This document shows positions 1-15,020 of a stretch of 64,000 nt of DNA, in pieces. How positions within the stretch are numbered: the stretch's first letter is position 1; every line of letters begins with the position of its first letter. The notes beneath the pieces are model-generated. The model was not told where the DNA came from. It searched no databases and saw nothing but the letters and a program-made list of their open reading frames with translations. Position numbers and translations under genes: made by a program. The stretch is from Phyllosticta citribraziliensis (taxonomy: Eukaryota): the NCBI RefSeq assembly GCF_038025025.1, contig NW_027117345.1, forward strand, positions 744,001 to 808,000. Reading direction: 5' to 3'.

Positions 1-2348
1 CTACTATACTAGTAAGGGATCTCTAGGGCTAGGGATAATTTACCTACTTATTTTATTTAAGGATTACTATCTTTTAACTAGGTATATACCTTATATAGGA
101 AAGGCTAGCTAGCCTTATTACTAGAGATAACCTCTAGTTAAGAGAGTAGGAACTAATACTAGAAATATTATATAGTAGAGAGGGTACTATCTTATTTAAT
201 CTTTTAGAAATAGGATAAGTTAAGCTAATAGTAATATATAGGTTCCCTATTAGGATAATACTATATAAGGCCTAGAGAGTTAGAGTATTATATATTTTAT
301 AAGCTAAAATATAGTATATATTTAACTTACTTACTACTTAGTAAGATATAGGGATTATTAAGTACTACTCTAGTTAATATTATAATCCCTAGATAGTCTT
401 ACCTAAGAAGAATAGTATATATAGGTAGATTAATAATTTATAAATACTAAATAATATTACTATTTAAGATGCTAGTATACTAGGACTAATAGATAATTAT
501 ATAGAATACTAGAGAGGGCTTATAATATATACCCTTATAGACCTATACTCTAGTTTTAATTAGTTTATAGTTACTAAAAAGTACTAGGATCTTACTAGAT
601 TTATTACTCCCTAAGGATACTAGTATAACTATATACTTTCCTAAGGTATAACTAATTCTCTAGGATAGGTAGTTTATAGCCTAAGATATATACTAGATAA
701 CTAATAGGATAAGGCTAACCTTTTTATAGATAATATTATAGGAGGCTAATAAAGGAGCTAATATAATAATATAGAAAGTATAATTATAGGAGTTAGATAA
801 TTTATACTTAAGTATATCTATAATATTAATAATATACTATAGAACCTAGAACTAGCTAGACTTATAATCTTAGGAGAGAAGTCCTTCTTTAGTATACTAG
901 AAGTAGAAGTTATTAGGTTTAGATATAAAGAGTTTAGATACCTACTTATTAAGTCTAAAGTAGATAAGATTAATAATTAGGATACTTCCTAAGACCTTAA
1001 ATTATTAAGAGGCTTTCTAAGAATAACTACCTATTTTTACTACTAGGTTAAGAAGTACTTATATAAGGTAGCACTACTATATACTCTAATAAGGAAGAAT
1101 ATACTATTTACTTAGGAAAATAAGTATAATAAGGCTATAGCTAAAATTAAGGAAGCTATTATAATAGTACCTACCTTAGTATCTATTATATATAGAGAGG
1201 AATTTACTAGAGATATTATTATAGCTATAGATAGTAGTAGTATAGGATAGGGAGTAGTTTTAATATAAGAGAAGGATAGTACTAGGTATCTAGTAAGGTA
1301 TAAGAGTAGTATTTAGTCTAAGATAGAATTATTTTATAACTCTAGGAAGCTAGAATACTAAGTACTAGTATATATAATTACTAAATTTAAACTATAGCTA
1401 TTTAGATAGTACTTCCTTATTAAAATAGACTATTATATCCTATAAGATTACCTAAATAGTAGGACTAAATCTATAATAGGTAGAGTCCTTAAGTAGTAGC
1501 TTAGCTAGCTATCTATATAGGATTTTAAGATACTATATATTACTAGGATAAAGAATAGGGTAGTAGATATACTATTAAAAAGGCTAAATTTTAAGGAGTT
1601 AAGTAAAGAAGATCTATAGAAATAGGTAGAGAAGATAGAAAATAAAATTATTAAGTTATTATTATTCCTATAGCTAAGTATATATATAGTTAGTTCTATA
1701 GACCTCCTACTAACTATCTACTAGGCTAGAGGAGAGTTAATATTAGCTAATTAAATACTAGTACTAGGCCCCTCTAGCCTACTAGGAGAGGTTATTCTAT
1801 ATAGAGTACTATATAAGGAGTACTCCTAAGAATCTAAGGACCTAGCTAAATTTATTACCTATAGCCTACTCCCTCCTAAAGTTATATAATTAGAGGCCTA
1901 GAAATGGTAATAGAAGGCCTATAGGTACTAGGTCTATAACTAGTACCTATTTTAGTAATTATTAAAGAATATACTACTAAAATAAGTAGTAGATAATCCT
2001 ATAGCTTAAAGATAAATAGTATAATAGCTACTCTATAAGTTTAGCTATTATACTAAAGAAGGAATATTTAGGAAAGTCTTAGATTAGTACTTTTAGGAAG
2101 GACTATAGATTAAGTATAAGTAAGAATACTAAGATTATTAGACCTATACTTTTTATAGTTTATTATATAATAAGGAGGCCCTCTACCTATCTCTTAAGAT
2201 ACTAGTCCTAGGTAATAAATAGTATATAGATATTATCTATATACCTAGAGGCTTCTATATTAATATATAAGAAGTAGTTTCTAGCTAGGTTAAAGAATAG
2301 ATCCTATACTTATTAAAAGCTACCCTAGTAGCTAACTTCTTATATAAG

Positions 2349-5300
2349 TGTCACGGCGCCTAGCAGAGCGAATCAATGCAGACTACTAATGATTAATAGG
2401 TGAGGAGTAAGAGTAGTTATTATATAGCCTATATAGAATAACTATCTACTCTTAAGCTAACTAGAAGTAGCTAGTATATATAGAAGAAGTAAATACTAAA
2501 TACTAGATACTAAGAAATATAAGCTATATATACTATAGTATATAATACTACCCCCCCCTCCTAGTAAGTAATATCCTTATTACTTAGTTATTAGTCTAAC
2601 TAGCTAGTAGGTAAAGGTTTAGGTACCTTTTATAATACTATAAGATAATATTATAAGTATTATTAAACTTACTATTATTAGTATTATAAAATACTTAGTC
2701 TAGTAGATAATTAGTCTAGTTTACCCTAAACTAAAGCCTCCTATTAGCTAGTATCTAATAGCCTATAATCTCCTCTACTTCCTAATTAGTATCTTTATTT
2801 TTATTATTATTATCTTATAAGGCTAGGCTATTAGCTAGTTATTAGCTAGGTAATAGGTTATTACTAGTAATAATAAGGTATAAGATATTAAATTTATTAT
2901 AGGTATATAAACTAGGAGGTAGTTATAGTATAGCCTAGTTACTATATATATTAGTAACTTAATATAGACTATTATTATAAAAATTAAGTATAGTAGGATA
3001 GCTATAGAGTATATATATATAGTCTATATAGATATATATATATTTACCTAGTTTAATAATGTGATCCTAATACTAGTAGTTAGCCTAGATAGTTATTTAC
3101 TATTATATAACTATAAGGCTATACTTAGTCTTATCCTATACTTATTATATAGTATAGGTAATAGCTTAGGTAGTTTATAGTTATATAGAATAGGTATCTA
3201 TAATTAGTCTATAGATACTATAAATAGTAGCTTTAGTATTAAAATTAAATTATAGCTTATAGCTATAATAAATATAAAAAGGGGAGTAGCTATTAAGGCT
3301 CTTATATAGTATACTATTAGCTATAAACTAGGTAATAGATAGTAGTAGTTATTAATTATCTTAATAGAACCTAATAAACTATCTTAAGTAGTTCTTAAGG
3401 TCCTAATTAGCTTATTTAGTCTAGCTATTAGTTTAAGGATAATAGCTAGTAGATAGCTTTAGGCTAATACTAATAATATAAGTAAGGCCCTCCTATAGGT
3501 AAGAGATAAATTAGTTACTATAGTCTAAGATAATAGAGAGAGGGAAACTATATATAATAAAGATATAGTCTATAAGTATATAAGCTATAGACTCTACTAT
3601 AGTCCTATTATTTATTATATCTATAGTAATAAGGTATTATACTTTATTAAAATAGTTATAAATAACTAGGATAGTATCTATCCCCTTACTATATAGTAGT
3701 AGGCTAATAAAGTCTATAGTAATATACTACTATAGCTATAATAGAATAGGTAGTAGCTATAGCTAGCCTAAGATAGCTAGATAAGTTTTATAAATATAGA
3801 TATAGTTTAGATAGTTATCTATAACTTAGGATATAAGTAAGATAAGGTAAGGAAACTAAAATTAAGGTACTAGGAGGTTATATAACTAAGTTTAGCTAGG
3901 ATAGCTAGTAAGTAGCTACTTATAGATATAATAGATAAGGAGTAGCTAGAGTTTAGTAGGTATAATAAGGTATCTATCTATAAAGATATTCTACTACCTA
4001 TTAATAGTAAAGGGTAAGTCTAGCTTACTAGTATAATACCTCTAGTTATTTATTTTAGTATTATCTATAGTATTAGCTATAAGTAATTACTAGAGTATAA
4101 ATATATTATTATTATTATTATTATTAATAGGGGCTACTTCCTAGTCCTTATATATACTAGCTAAGAGCTTACTAGCTAGGAGTAGGGTTTAGTATTATAT
4201 TTACTACTAGGGGTTATTAGTAGTAGGGGTATCCTAAGGATAATAAGTAAGTATATTAGCCTTAATATTAGTATAGCTAGGGTAATATATAATCTTAAAG
4301 TTATATTCTAAGAGGAGTTTAGCCTAGTAGGCTTAATAATAAGTTAGCTACTTAGTTATAGTAAATACTATAAATAATATTTAATAGGCCTTAAGATTAG
4401 GCTCCTATAACTCTAAGGTATAAATAATAGCTAGGAGCTCCTTATTATAGATAGTATAGTTAAGCTTAGCTAGTACTATAGTTTTAGAGTAGTATATAAT
4501 AGGGTAAAGATATTACTTATTATTATACTAAGAGAGAAGGCTACTATTAGTCTAATTAGATAAGTCTATTTCTATAACTATCTTATAAGATAGGTTAAAG
4601 TAGATAAGGACTAGTACTATTATAAGGGTATACTTAAGACTATTAAATAACTATTATTTAATATTAGTCTACTACTAATTAGTACCCTTATATATTAGTT
4701 ATATTAATAGCCTAGTAGTCTTACTATAGTCCTTAATAAATTACTAGTAAAAATTAGTAGTACTAAGAAAGGACTAGACCTATTTTACTATTATAGGCTA
4801 CTCCTAAGATATAATTATATTAATCTTAGAGGGGTCTATATAAATACTATTAGTAGAGATAATAATACCTAAAAACTAGGTTTCCTAGATATAGAACTTA
4901 TACTTATTAATATTAACTTATAAACTATACTTATATAGCTAAGTAAGGACCTCCCTAATATACTATTAGTAATCTATAAGTATTTAGCTATAAATAAGGA
5001 TATTATTAAGATATATAGTAGTATACTTACTAAGATAGTAGAATAGGTACTTATTAATTAACTATTACTAGGTACTAGGGCTATTAGCTATACTAAAGGG
5101 TATAACTAAGTACTTATAGGTACTATAATAGGTCTAGAATATAAGTAGGTCCTTAGTCTACTAGTCTATAATATAGATTTAGTAGAAAGCCTACTTAATA
5201 TTAAGCTTAGTAATATATTTAGTACCTCTTATCTAGCTAATTATCTTATCTAATAATAGAAGATGATAGTAGTCCTTCTTTATAAGTTTATTAAGCTTAT

Positions 5301-8300
5301 AATAATTAATATAGAAATAAATACTACTATTAGACTTAGCTATAAGTAAAATAGATAAGGCTATACCTACCTTATTAGGCTCTAATATACTAAGATTAAT
5401 ACCCTTCTATATATACTACTTAATCTTAGCTAATTAGATATTATTAGTATACTAGAGTAGTATATAACTAAGGTCTTTAGATTTAGTACTATCCTTTAGT
5501 TCTATATAGAAGTTAGTCTATAAATAGGCTTAAGGGAGTAGGTTAGTATTATAAAATATATCTAAAAGGTTATAATACTTATAAGGGATAGTATAATAGA
5601 GGTAAGGTTTATTACTACTAATACTAAAGGCTTATAAGATAGGCTCTAATAAATAAAGTTTAGTATACTCTAAATTATTAATAGGAGTAAAGGTATAGAT
5701 AGAGTAAGCTTTAGTACTAAGCTATTATTAGAGTAAGACTATATTAAAAGCTATAATTAATACTATATTAGCTAATAAGCTTACCTAGGATTAACTCTAT
5801 TTATTAAGCTAACTTATAGTCTCCTTAATAATAGAAATATCTTTAGGTACTTAGTAGTAGTATTATAATTAAGAGAGCTCCCTTAGTAGGCCTACCTTAT
5901 AATATATTAACTAGTATAGCTAGCTAACTTATTTAGTACTAATATATATAGGAGAGATTAGTAAGTTATTATAGAGAGGTTTACTATAATATAAGATCTT
6001 AATAGGAGTTATAGTAGTAGGCTATAGTAGAGATAAGGTAATATTATTTATAGATAATAATAGTAGTAAGGAGTAGTTATTAGATAACTAGCTACTAGTC
6101 TAGAGAAGAGTTATAGTTATAGTTATAAGTAGTAATAGGCTAGCTATAGATATAGATAGGTAGACTATACTAGACTATAATATCTAAGATAATATTTAAA
6201 TAGGTAGTAAAGGTTTAATTAGCTTAAAGGCTATCTAATACTAAACTAAAATATCCTAGAATTTAGCTAGAAAATTATCTCTTAAATTAGTACTATACTA
6301 ATATAATCTACCTAACTTTACTCTACTAATCTTTAATAATATATAGCCTAGATTTAGTATAAAACTAAACTAGTATATATACTCTAAGCTAATAAATAAA
6401 TTATATAAAGGACTAATTTAGATAATTATTATAGAAGCCTATAAATTAAAAAGTATAGAATCCTCCCTATATTCTAAGCTAAATAATAACCTAGTTATAA
6501 GCTTATAGATAAGATATTAGGTCTAGCTATAAGTATAGTTACTAATTATCTAGGGCTTATATAACTATTACTTCTAAGTACTAGTAGTAATAAGTTTACT
6601 CTTAAGAGACTAGCTTATATATAGGCTACTAGTATAGCTAGAGTTAATAAGGATATAAATAGGCTATAGTAGAATATTAAGATATATATAGATATATATA
6701 GTATAAGAGTAATAAGAAGGACTAGAAATTCTATTCCTTAATTATATTAAATAACTAATAGCTATCTTATAGGTATTACCTCTTATAGTAGTTTTATAGG
6801 AGGCTACTTATTTCCTAATATCTTATCTAAATCTATAATATTACCTCTACTAATAATAATAATACCTAGATTATTCTTAACTATATCTATAAACTCCTTA
6901 GTAACCTCCTTTATACTAGTAGCTATATAGGTATAAATTAGCTAGTAATATATAGGTTTACTATAGGGGTAGTCCTTAATTTAGTACCCTAGGCTACTAT
7001 AATACTAATAGCTATAATTACCTAGTATATTAGAATACTCCTATTTAATACTACTAGTAGTATCTTTAGTAGTAGGAGTAGTCTAGTAAGAGGGCCTAGC
7101 TAGTATAGCTATATAGAGGGTACCCTTATAGTAGGGGGTTATCTATAGTATTAGTACTATCTTATACTTATAAGCCTAGCTAATATTAGTAGCTTAGCCT
7201 AAGATATCTAATAGCTCTATATAGCCCTTTATAATATTAGTAATAGTAATATTATAGAGTAGTCTATAGAGCTTATAGATTAATTAATCTTTAGATATAT
7301 AGCTATTCTAGCTAGTATAGTAAGCTAATAAATAGAATATATATAATAATATCTTAAAAGCTGCCCTAGAGCTAGAGATATAATCTATAGTAGTAAGCTA
7401 GGTAATAGTATAGCTTTATTAGTCTAAAATACTATATAAGCTATCTAATAAGGCCTAGAGGGTATTAGGGTTATTAGATTTATCCTTACTATTATTATTA
7501 TTAATAGTAATAATAGCTAAAGTAGCCTTACTAGCTAGATAAGAGTAGATATATATAGCTTAGTCTATATTACCCTAAAACTAGCTATTAAAGAGCAGCT
7601 TATCCTTAATACTACTATACTAAATATAGTAGTTATCTAGTATACTATTATTAGACTAGTACTTAGGATTAGTAAATTAGTACTAGACCTCTTAGCCTAG
7701 TATATTACCCCTATTATAAATTACCTATATAAGCCCTAGGATCTACTCCTAGAGCTATATTATTATTAGAGTAGTAGTAGTAGGTTATTTATTATTATTA
7801 TTACCCTAAGAGGTAATAGGTTAGCTAGATAATAGGCTAGTAGTTAAAGATAGCTAGCTAGCTATTAGTATTATCTAAGGAGTAGCTAATAGTATAGTAC
7901 TATTAGTAGACTAGCTACTCTTAGCTATTATATAGGTTATTAACTATATAATATAATAAGATATTATATCTCTATTACTAATAGGACTATCTTAGTCTAG
8001 AATCTTACTTATATACCTTATCTAAGGCTATAGACTATAAAAATAATAATACCTAGTACTTCTAGTATATCTAAAACTATAGTATTTTAACCTAATACCT
8101 TATAGGGTATAATTAAAGTAAGAAAACTTATTAGTAAAGGATAGATAATAAGTCTTATCCTCTTATAAGTAGTAAGAGACCTATTAATAGTATTATAGTA
8201 CCTAGTAGAGTAAATTAATATAGACTACTAATAATTAATAGGTAAGGAGTAAGAGTAGTTATTATATAGCCTATATAGAATAACTATCTACTCTTAAGCT

Positions 8301-8389
8301 AACTAGAAGTGGCTAGCATATATAGAAGAAGTAAATGCTAAATACTAGATACTAAGAAATACAAGCTGCGCGCGCTGCGGCGTGCAATA
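2349..8389 (-). mobile_element. Chromovirus-type Ty3/Gypsy element A1, full length, 199-bp LTRs
   Basis: LTRs 2349-2547 and 8191-8389; TSD ATAAG at 2344-2348 and 8390-8394; PPT complement ctacccccccctcct from 2548; RT relic YLNNILIYS (from YLDDILIYS) at ~4986-5013 on minus. Confidence 0.95.
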
Positions 8390-9961
8390 ATAAGGAGCTA
8401 ATTTATTACTATAGTACCTTTTAATATCTTATTATAGATAGAGGTAGTAAGAATATAAGCTATACTAAACTTATTATAGAACTATACTATATATCTAAGG
8501 TTAATATTTTAGTATACTACCTAGAGTTAAATAGTATAGTTAAGAGAGGGTATAGGTAAATTAATAATATACTAGCTAAGCTATCTACTAGTAATACTAA
8601 GCCCTAGAGGCTATACTTTTATAGTATCCTATAGGCTAATAGGACTATAATTTATAGAATAACTAGAATAACTCCTATAGAGGTCTTATATAGGAGGGAC
8701 TATATACTCCCTATTAAGATAGAGATACCTATATAGTAGCTTATACTATAATAAGATATAAAAAGTACTAAAGACCTACTAGCCTTAGAAGTAAAGTAGA
8801 TTAACTTATATAATAAGAAGCTTTAGGAGATTATATTATAAGTATATTACTTATAGAAGTAGAATAAGGAATAGTTTAATAACTACTATCTATAAGTTAG
8901 AGAAGTAATAGATAAGGGATTTAATAAAGGAGATTAGGTACTACTCTACTATACTAAGCTTAAGGATAAGTATAATATAAAGCTTTACTTCTTCTAGAAA
9001 GGGCTATTTAAAATCTATAAGGCTAATAGGGAAATTAGTACTTACTAGCTTAAAGAACTTAGTAGAGAGAAGGTAGTAAATCTAGTTATAGGAGATAAGC
9101 TTAAGAAGTTTACTAGTAAGGATAAGGACTTAGCTAAGATAGTCTACTAATAGGTTAATCTATTACTAAGAACTAGTAGGAGCTAATAGGACTAACTACT
9201 ATACCTATTATACCTCTTAAATAGACCCTAGCCTAAAACTAGGATTATATACCCTAAGACCCTAAAGGGTATATATATTCTATAATATTCTAAGTAAGTA
9301 TTAGACTAGTATAAGGCTATTAATAATAGCTAGGATAGTAAGGATAAAAACCTAGATAAATTAAGTAAGTAGGATATCTAGATCTTTAGAGTTTTAGTAT
9401 TTTAAAGTAAAGTTTATATATTTAAGAGAGGTAGTAGTACTAAGAGAGTTTAAATTAATAAGGGTATAGTAAGTTTAGTACTAATAGGCTAATAATAATA
9501 TTTACTAATTATAGTTTAGTATACTACTAATAACTCCCCCCTAAGACTAGGGGATAGTTATTAGGCTAATTAGGAGCTATAAAATAACCCTATACTATAC
9601 CTATAAGCTTATATATCCCTAAAAATCTTTAGGACCCTAATAACTAAACTATTAGGTCCTAAGCTAAAAATATATCTTTATTAAGACTATAAGTAGGAAT
9701 AGAGTTTTAGTATTATTATTTAGTTTACTAGGCTAGTAATAATATAATATATAACTATAAGCTAGCCCTCTTATTAATCTAGTACTATTCTTTACTAAGT
9801 ATTTTACTTTTAAGTAGTTATTTCTCTTACTTATAGTAAGATATCTTAAAAATTTTCCTAATTAGGCTTAGTATAGGTAGTACTCTTACTAAAGAATTAC
9901 TACTTAACTACTATAACTACTACTCCTATAATAATTCCCCCTTATTATTATAATAGAGGAT

Positions 9962-12900
9962 ATACCTATTAACCCTACTATAAATATTACTACTACTAAA
10001 GATACTAATAATACTATTATCTTAGCTAATAGTAATATTATCTATCTTTATAAAGCTTCTATTACTAATATTATCTAATATACCTATAAGGCTAATCCTT
10101 ATAGGGCTATAAAGGAGCTTATTTATTATTAGTATATTCCTAGTACTATTACTTAGAAAGACTAGGAAATTATACTAGACTATATTAGTACCTATTTATC
10201 TAGTAAAGAGTACCTAGATAAGTACTATAATTTTATTTACTAGCTATATAACTTCTATAAATTATAGTAAGAGGGCCTAGTTAGGCTAGGTATAATTATT
10301 AATAATACTATTAACTAGGGAACCTTATTCTATAATCTTAAGAGCTATAGCTATAATATAGCCTAAGACTTCTAGATCTTTAAGAGGGACTATAATTTAC
10401 TTAAAGAGAACTAGTAGTATAAAGATAAGTACTACTAGGATATATAAAATATAATTAATAGTAACTTTAACTTTACTAAGCTTAATCTAGATAAGAATAG
10501 TAAAACTAGTATATATAATACTAAGGTAGGCTTATAAAAATATATTAATAGCTTTATAAAGATTATAGGTCTTTAGAGGGGTATTATCTATATAGATTTT
10601 CTTAAGAAAGAGCTAGCTAAGATTATACTACTAAAGCTAGTAGTTAAGGATAGAGGCTATAAGGCTCTACTATTAAAGTTAGCTTCCTAGACTATATTAG
10701 ATAAGCTAATCTATTATATTAATTAGTATATTACTATTATAGAGCTATCTTATAACCCTAAAGTTATAGGTACCTAGCTAGTCTATAATAAGTATAGAAT
10801 ACCCTACCTTTACCTAGACCTTATAATATAATAAGGGTCTCTATAGTAAGGATATCTATATTATATAGCTATTATTACTCTAGAGCTTATAGAGATACTA
10901 CTAGAATAGGCTACTTACTATAATTCTCTAATAAATACCCTTATAGAAATAGATACTAGCTAGTTTACTACCTTATTTAAAGAGTACTTAGGTAAGGGAG
11001 ATTTTATTAGGGCTATAACTATAGGCCCTAATAAGGATATAGATAAAGCTTTCTATTACTCTACTTATAAATTAGGAGTAATATTTAGTAAGACTACTAG
11101 TATATTATCTATATAACTAAGTACTAGTATAATAACTCTCCCCTAGGCTAGTAGTAAGTTATCTACTACCTAAGCTAATAGTAATATTAACCTAGTACTT
11201 TTTATAAATAAATTAGCTATTAGTTTTATTAGTCCTAGTAATAATTTAGTAGATATCCTTAATATATTAAGGTTATCTAATAATATTATAAATATAGCCC
11301 TAAGCTATAACTTACCTAGTAATAATATCTAGAATACTTTAAAGTAATAGAGGTCCCCTCCTTAGGAGGAAGAGCCTAGTAAATACTACTATCTTAATAT
11401 CCCTCCTATTACCCCTAATATATACTAGTAAATTATACTAACTATTAAAAGTTTAGTCTATAGAAGTAATAATAATAATACTATTCTCCTAATAAATAAG
11501 GATAATAAAGAAGAGGTCTATAGTAATAAAGAAGTAGATTTAGACCTAGAAGTTATTATTATATCTCTAACTAATAGTACTAAGAAGATTTATATAGCTA
11601 AGTACTATACCTATACTAGAACTAATAGCTAGATCTTATCTACTAAATTTTATAAGAAATTTCCTACTAAGGCTATCCCTATATCTAAGGAGTCCTAGTA
11701 AAAGAAGCTTTATAAGCTTAGTAAGGCTAGAGACTAGTATAACCTAAATAATTATTATAACTCTTATATCTATAGAATTAGTAAATACTTAGGTCTTTAG
11801 ACTAAGTAGGGAATAGATAACCTTATTTACCTCTACTTAGAATATATTTAGTATAATTATAAGAGATTATCTAATATTCTATCCTATAAGGATAGGTATT
11901 ATTAGTTTATACTATCCTTCTACCTAGTTTACCCTACTAATACTATAGGCCTATATATATTTAGCTATAACTATAATACCTAGTTTAAGGCTATTATAGT
12001 TATAGTTTAGAATATAATCCCTACCCTTAATAAGAGCCTTATTACTCTATTTAGTATAGGCTATAGCTAGTATCTAGACCTTACTAATACTTTACTTAGT
12101 AAGTTTAAGGCTACTAGTAATTTAATTACTAATAGCTCTCTCTTTAGCTTCTTAAATAGTATATACTCTAGAATTAATAAGGAGTTTAGCTACTATCTCT
12201 AGTACTAGTAAGAGATTAATATTTACTAAAACCTAGGCTAGAACTATATAATATTTTACTTACTAGTATAGTAGCTTATTTACTAGTACCTAGTATACTA
12301 GCTCCTATATATTTTACTTAGGCCTAATTATACTTACTAGCTCTATATAATACTATACTATATAAAGGACTAGAAGAAGGGTAACTATACTAAGTTCTAC
12401 TACTTTAATATTAACTTAAATAACTATACTAATACTAATAGGGGTATTAATATAATTTAGGGTACTATCTCCCTTAATAGTAAGACTAATATAGACTATA
12501 TAATTTTAGTAGAGGGCTTTATACCTTATTTTAAGGATTATAGGGATAGTACTATTACTAAGAAGGTATATAACCCTATAAATATAACTAGTATTACTAA
12601 TATTAAGAAGGGTCCTATTCTTAACTATCTTATTAAGTTTACTAAAGATAGAGGCCTAAGCTAGTCTAATAGTAAGGTAGTAGCCTATAGTACTAGGATT
12701 TCCTACCTAATAATACTATATAGAGCTAAGGGCCTAGTAAAGGGTATATATAAGATAATCTTCCTATAGTACTATAAAGTTAACTAGGAGTATAATTACC
12801 TAGAAATTAATAAGATAGGTACTTAGGTAGAGCTAGTAGTATACTATAAGAACTAGGTCCCTTCTAAAGTTATACCTACTAGTTTCCTATATATATATAG

Positions 12901-13357
12901 CTATTACCCCTATAAGTTTCTAGTATTAGTAGAGATAATTAGTATTAATCTAATTAATAATACTTTAGTCTACTCTTATTACTAGGACTCCCTATTAGTT
13001 ATAAAGAAAGTTAAGAAGGTTATAGATATAGCTAGTAATCCTAAGGTACTAGCTAGCTATTTCTATAATATAGAGCTAGATATAATTAATACCTATAATA
13101 AGCTATTCCTAGTCTTTATTAAAGAGGAGAAGTATACCTTTAGTAAGAAGTCCTACTTCTACTATAAGGATAATAATATTACTAGGCCTACTCCTAATAA
13201 GCCTCTACTAACTAATAAGGATATTATTAAAGCTATAGGTATCTAGTACTATAATAAGTATAATAAGGATAAGGACTAGGATAATATCTTACCTACTAGC
13301 CCTATTTATAAAAGTATATATAATCTAGGTAGGTAGTATACTAATTAGCTACTCTAA
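9962..13357 (+). pseudogene. RIP-inactivated long ORF (~1,100 codons) of unknown function downstream of G1 pol
   Basis: The same frame is codon-like in the segments read (9962-~10,830 and ~12,240-13,357), and its only stops are TAG/TAA that RIP of CAG/TGG/CAA/CGA would explain; begins ATA(ATG)-CCT-ATT-AAC-CCT. Ends approximate. Confidence 0.65.
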
Positions 13358-14054
13358 CCTAGCCTCCTATAGACTATAGCTTATACTCTCTCTCTTACCT
13401 TTTATCCTTATTTCTTCTTACTTACTAGGGGATAGTAAAATAAGGAGTACCCCCCTATATATAGTACTACTAGCTAGTATAGTTTTTATAGCTTTTAATA
13501 GTTACTTTTAGTAATTATTATTCTTATTCTTAGCTATAGTTTTAGCTTAGATATAAGTAGAAGATTAGGCTAGTAAGAAAATAAGACTATAGATAGCTCT
13601 AGAATACTAGAAAGGTATAGTTCTATATAGTTTAGTAGTAATAATAATAGCTAATAAAAGTATAAGTAAATTTAGTATCTTTAGTAGTAATAGGAGGTTT
13701 TATACTATTTATATTTTTAGTAGTAGATTAGCTAGTTATATACCCCCTTTTATAGCTGCTTATTAAGAGGTAGTACTTATATAAATAAAGTCTTTTATAC
13801 TTAGTTAAACTATTATCTACTAAATACTTAGTTATTTATTTATTTATACTTATTATTTATACCTAAATCTTATACTGCTTAGATAATAAAGCAATGGCTA
13901 GATAGTAGCTTATTTTAGTTAGTTTAGTAGTTATTTTATTCCTATCCTATAGAGCCTACTTATTTACTACTAGTTACTATCTCTTATACCTCTTCTAGTA
14001 CTAGTATCTTAGCCGGCTAAGTAAGCGTACTAGTAAGTAGCTAGTCCCGCCTAC

Positions 14055-15020
14055 ACTAGTACTTAGAAGTAATAGTTATATAAGCCCTAGATAATTAGTA
14101 ACTATACTTATAGCTAGACCTAATATCTTACCTATAAGCTTATTACTAGGTTATTATTTAGTATAGAATATAGGAAGGATTCTATACTTTTTAATCTATA
14201 GGCTTCTATAATAATTACCTAGATTAGTCCTTTATATAATTTATTTATTAGCTTAGAGTATATATATTAGTTTAGTTTTATACTAGATCTAGGATATATA
14301 TTATTAAAGATTAGTAGAGTAAAGTTAGGTAGGTTATATTAGTATAGTACTAATTAATAAAATAATTCTTTAGCTAAATATTAGGATATTCTAATATAGC
14401 CTTAGGTAGCCTCTAAGCTAATTAAATCCTTACTACCTATTTAAATATTATCTTAGGTATTATAAACTAGTATAGCCTATCTATATATATCTACTATAGA
14501 TATACTACTACCTATAACTATAACTATAACTCTCCCCTAGACTAGTAGCTAGTTATCTAATAACTATACCTTACTATTATTACTATCTATAAATAATACT
14601 ACCTTATCCCTACTATAGCCTATTACTATAACTCCTATTAAGATCTTATATTATAGCTAACCTCTTAATAATAAACTAATAATCTCTCCTCTATAAGTTA
14701 GTATTAAATAAGTTAGCTAGCTATACTAGCTAATATATTATAAACTAGGCCTAATAAGGGAGCTCTCTTAGTTATAATACTACTACTAAGTACCTAAGGA
14801 TATTTCTATTATTAAGGAGACTATAAGTTAGCTTAATAAATAGAGCTATTCCTAGGTAAGCTTATTAGCTAATATAGTACTAATTATAGCTTTTAATATA
14901 GTCCTACTCTAATAATAGCTTAGTACTAAGGCCTACTCTATCTATACCTTTACTCCTATTAATAACTTAGAGTATACTAAACTTTATTTATTAGAGTCTA
15001 TCCTATAGGCTTTTAGTATT
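14055..15020 (+). mobile_element. Inverted internal fragment of family A
   Basis: Matches A3 ~31001-31968 in the same orientation and A2 ~17530-18495 as reverse complement; fused directly to the truncated end of A2. Confidence 0.85.

Larger units (their letters stand above)
1..14055 (+). mobile_element. Ty3/Gypsy element G1 (5' end outside window; interrupted by A1; 3' end truncated)
   Basis: RT core relic F-I-D-N-I-I (from FxDDI) at ~723-740; RNase H relic (AVDGSG.GWG.VL...YESG.WS) at ~1220-1400; integrase core split by A1 (ANFLYK|ELI..YG) at 2348/8395; GPF motif at ~9000. The 3' extent is inferred from the lack of RIP-escape junction signal until ~13,750-14,055. Confidence 0.8.

Noticed and set aside
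9629..9662. Hairpin TTAGGACCCTAATA...TATTAGGTCCTAA between G1 pol and the extra ORF
   Set aside because: Visible but imperfect, and RIP inflates chance palindromes; no function supportable.
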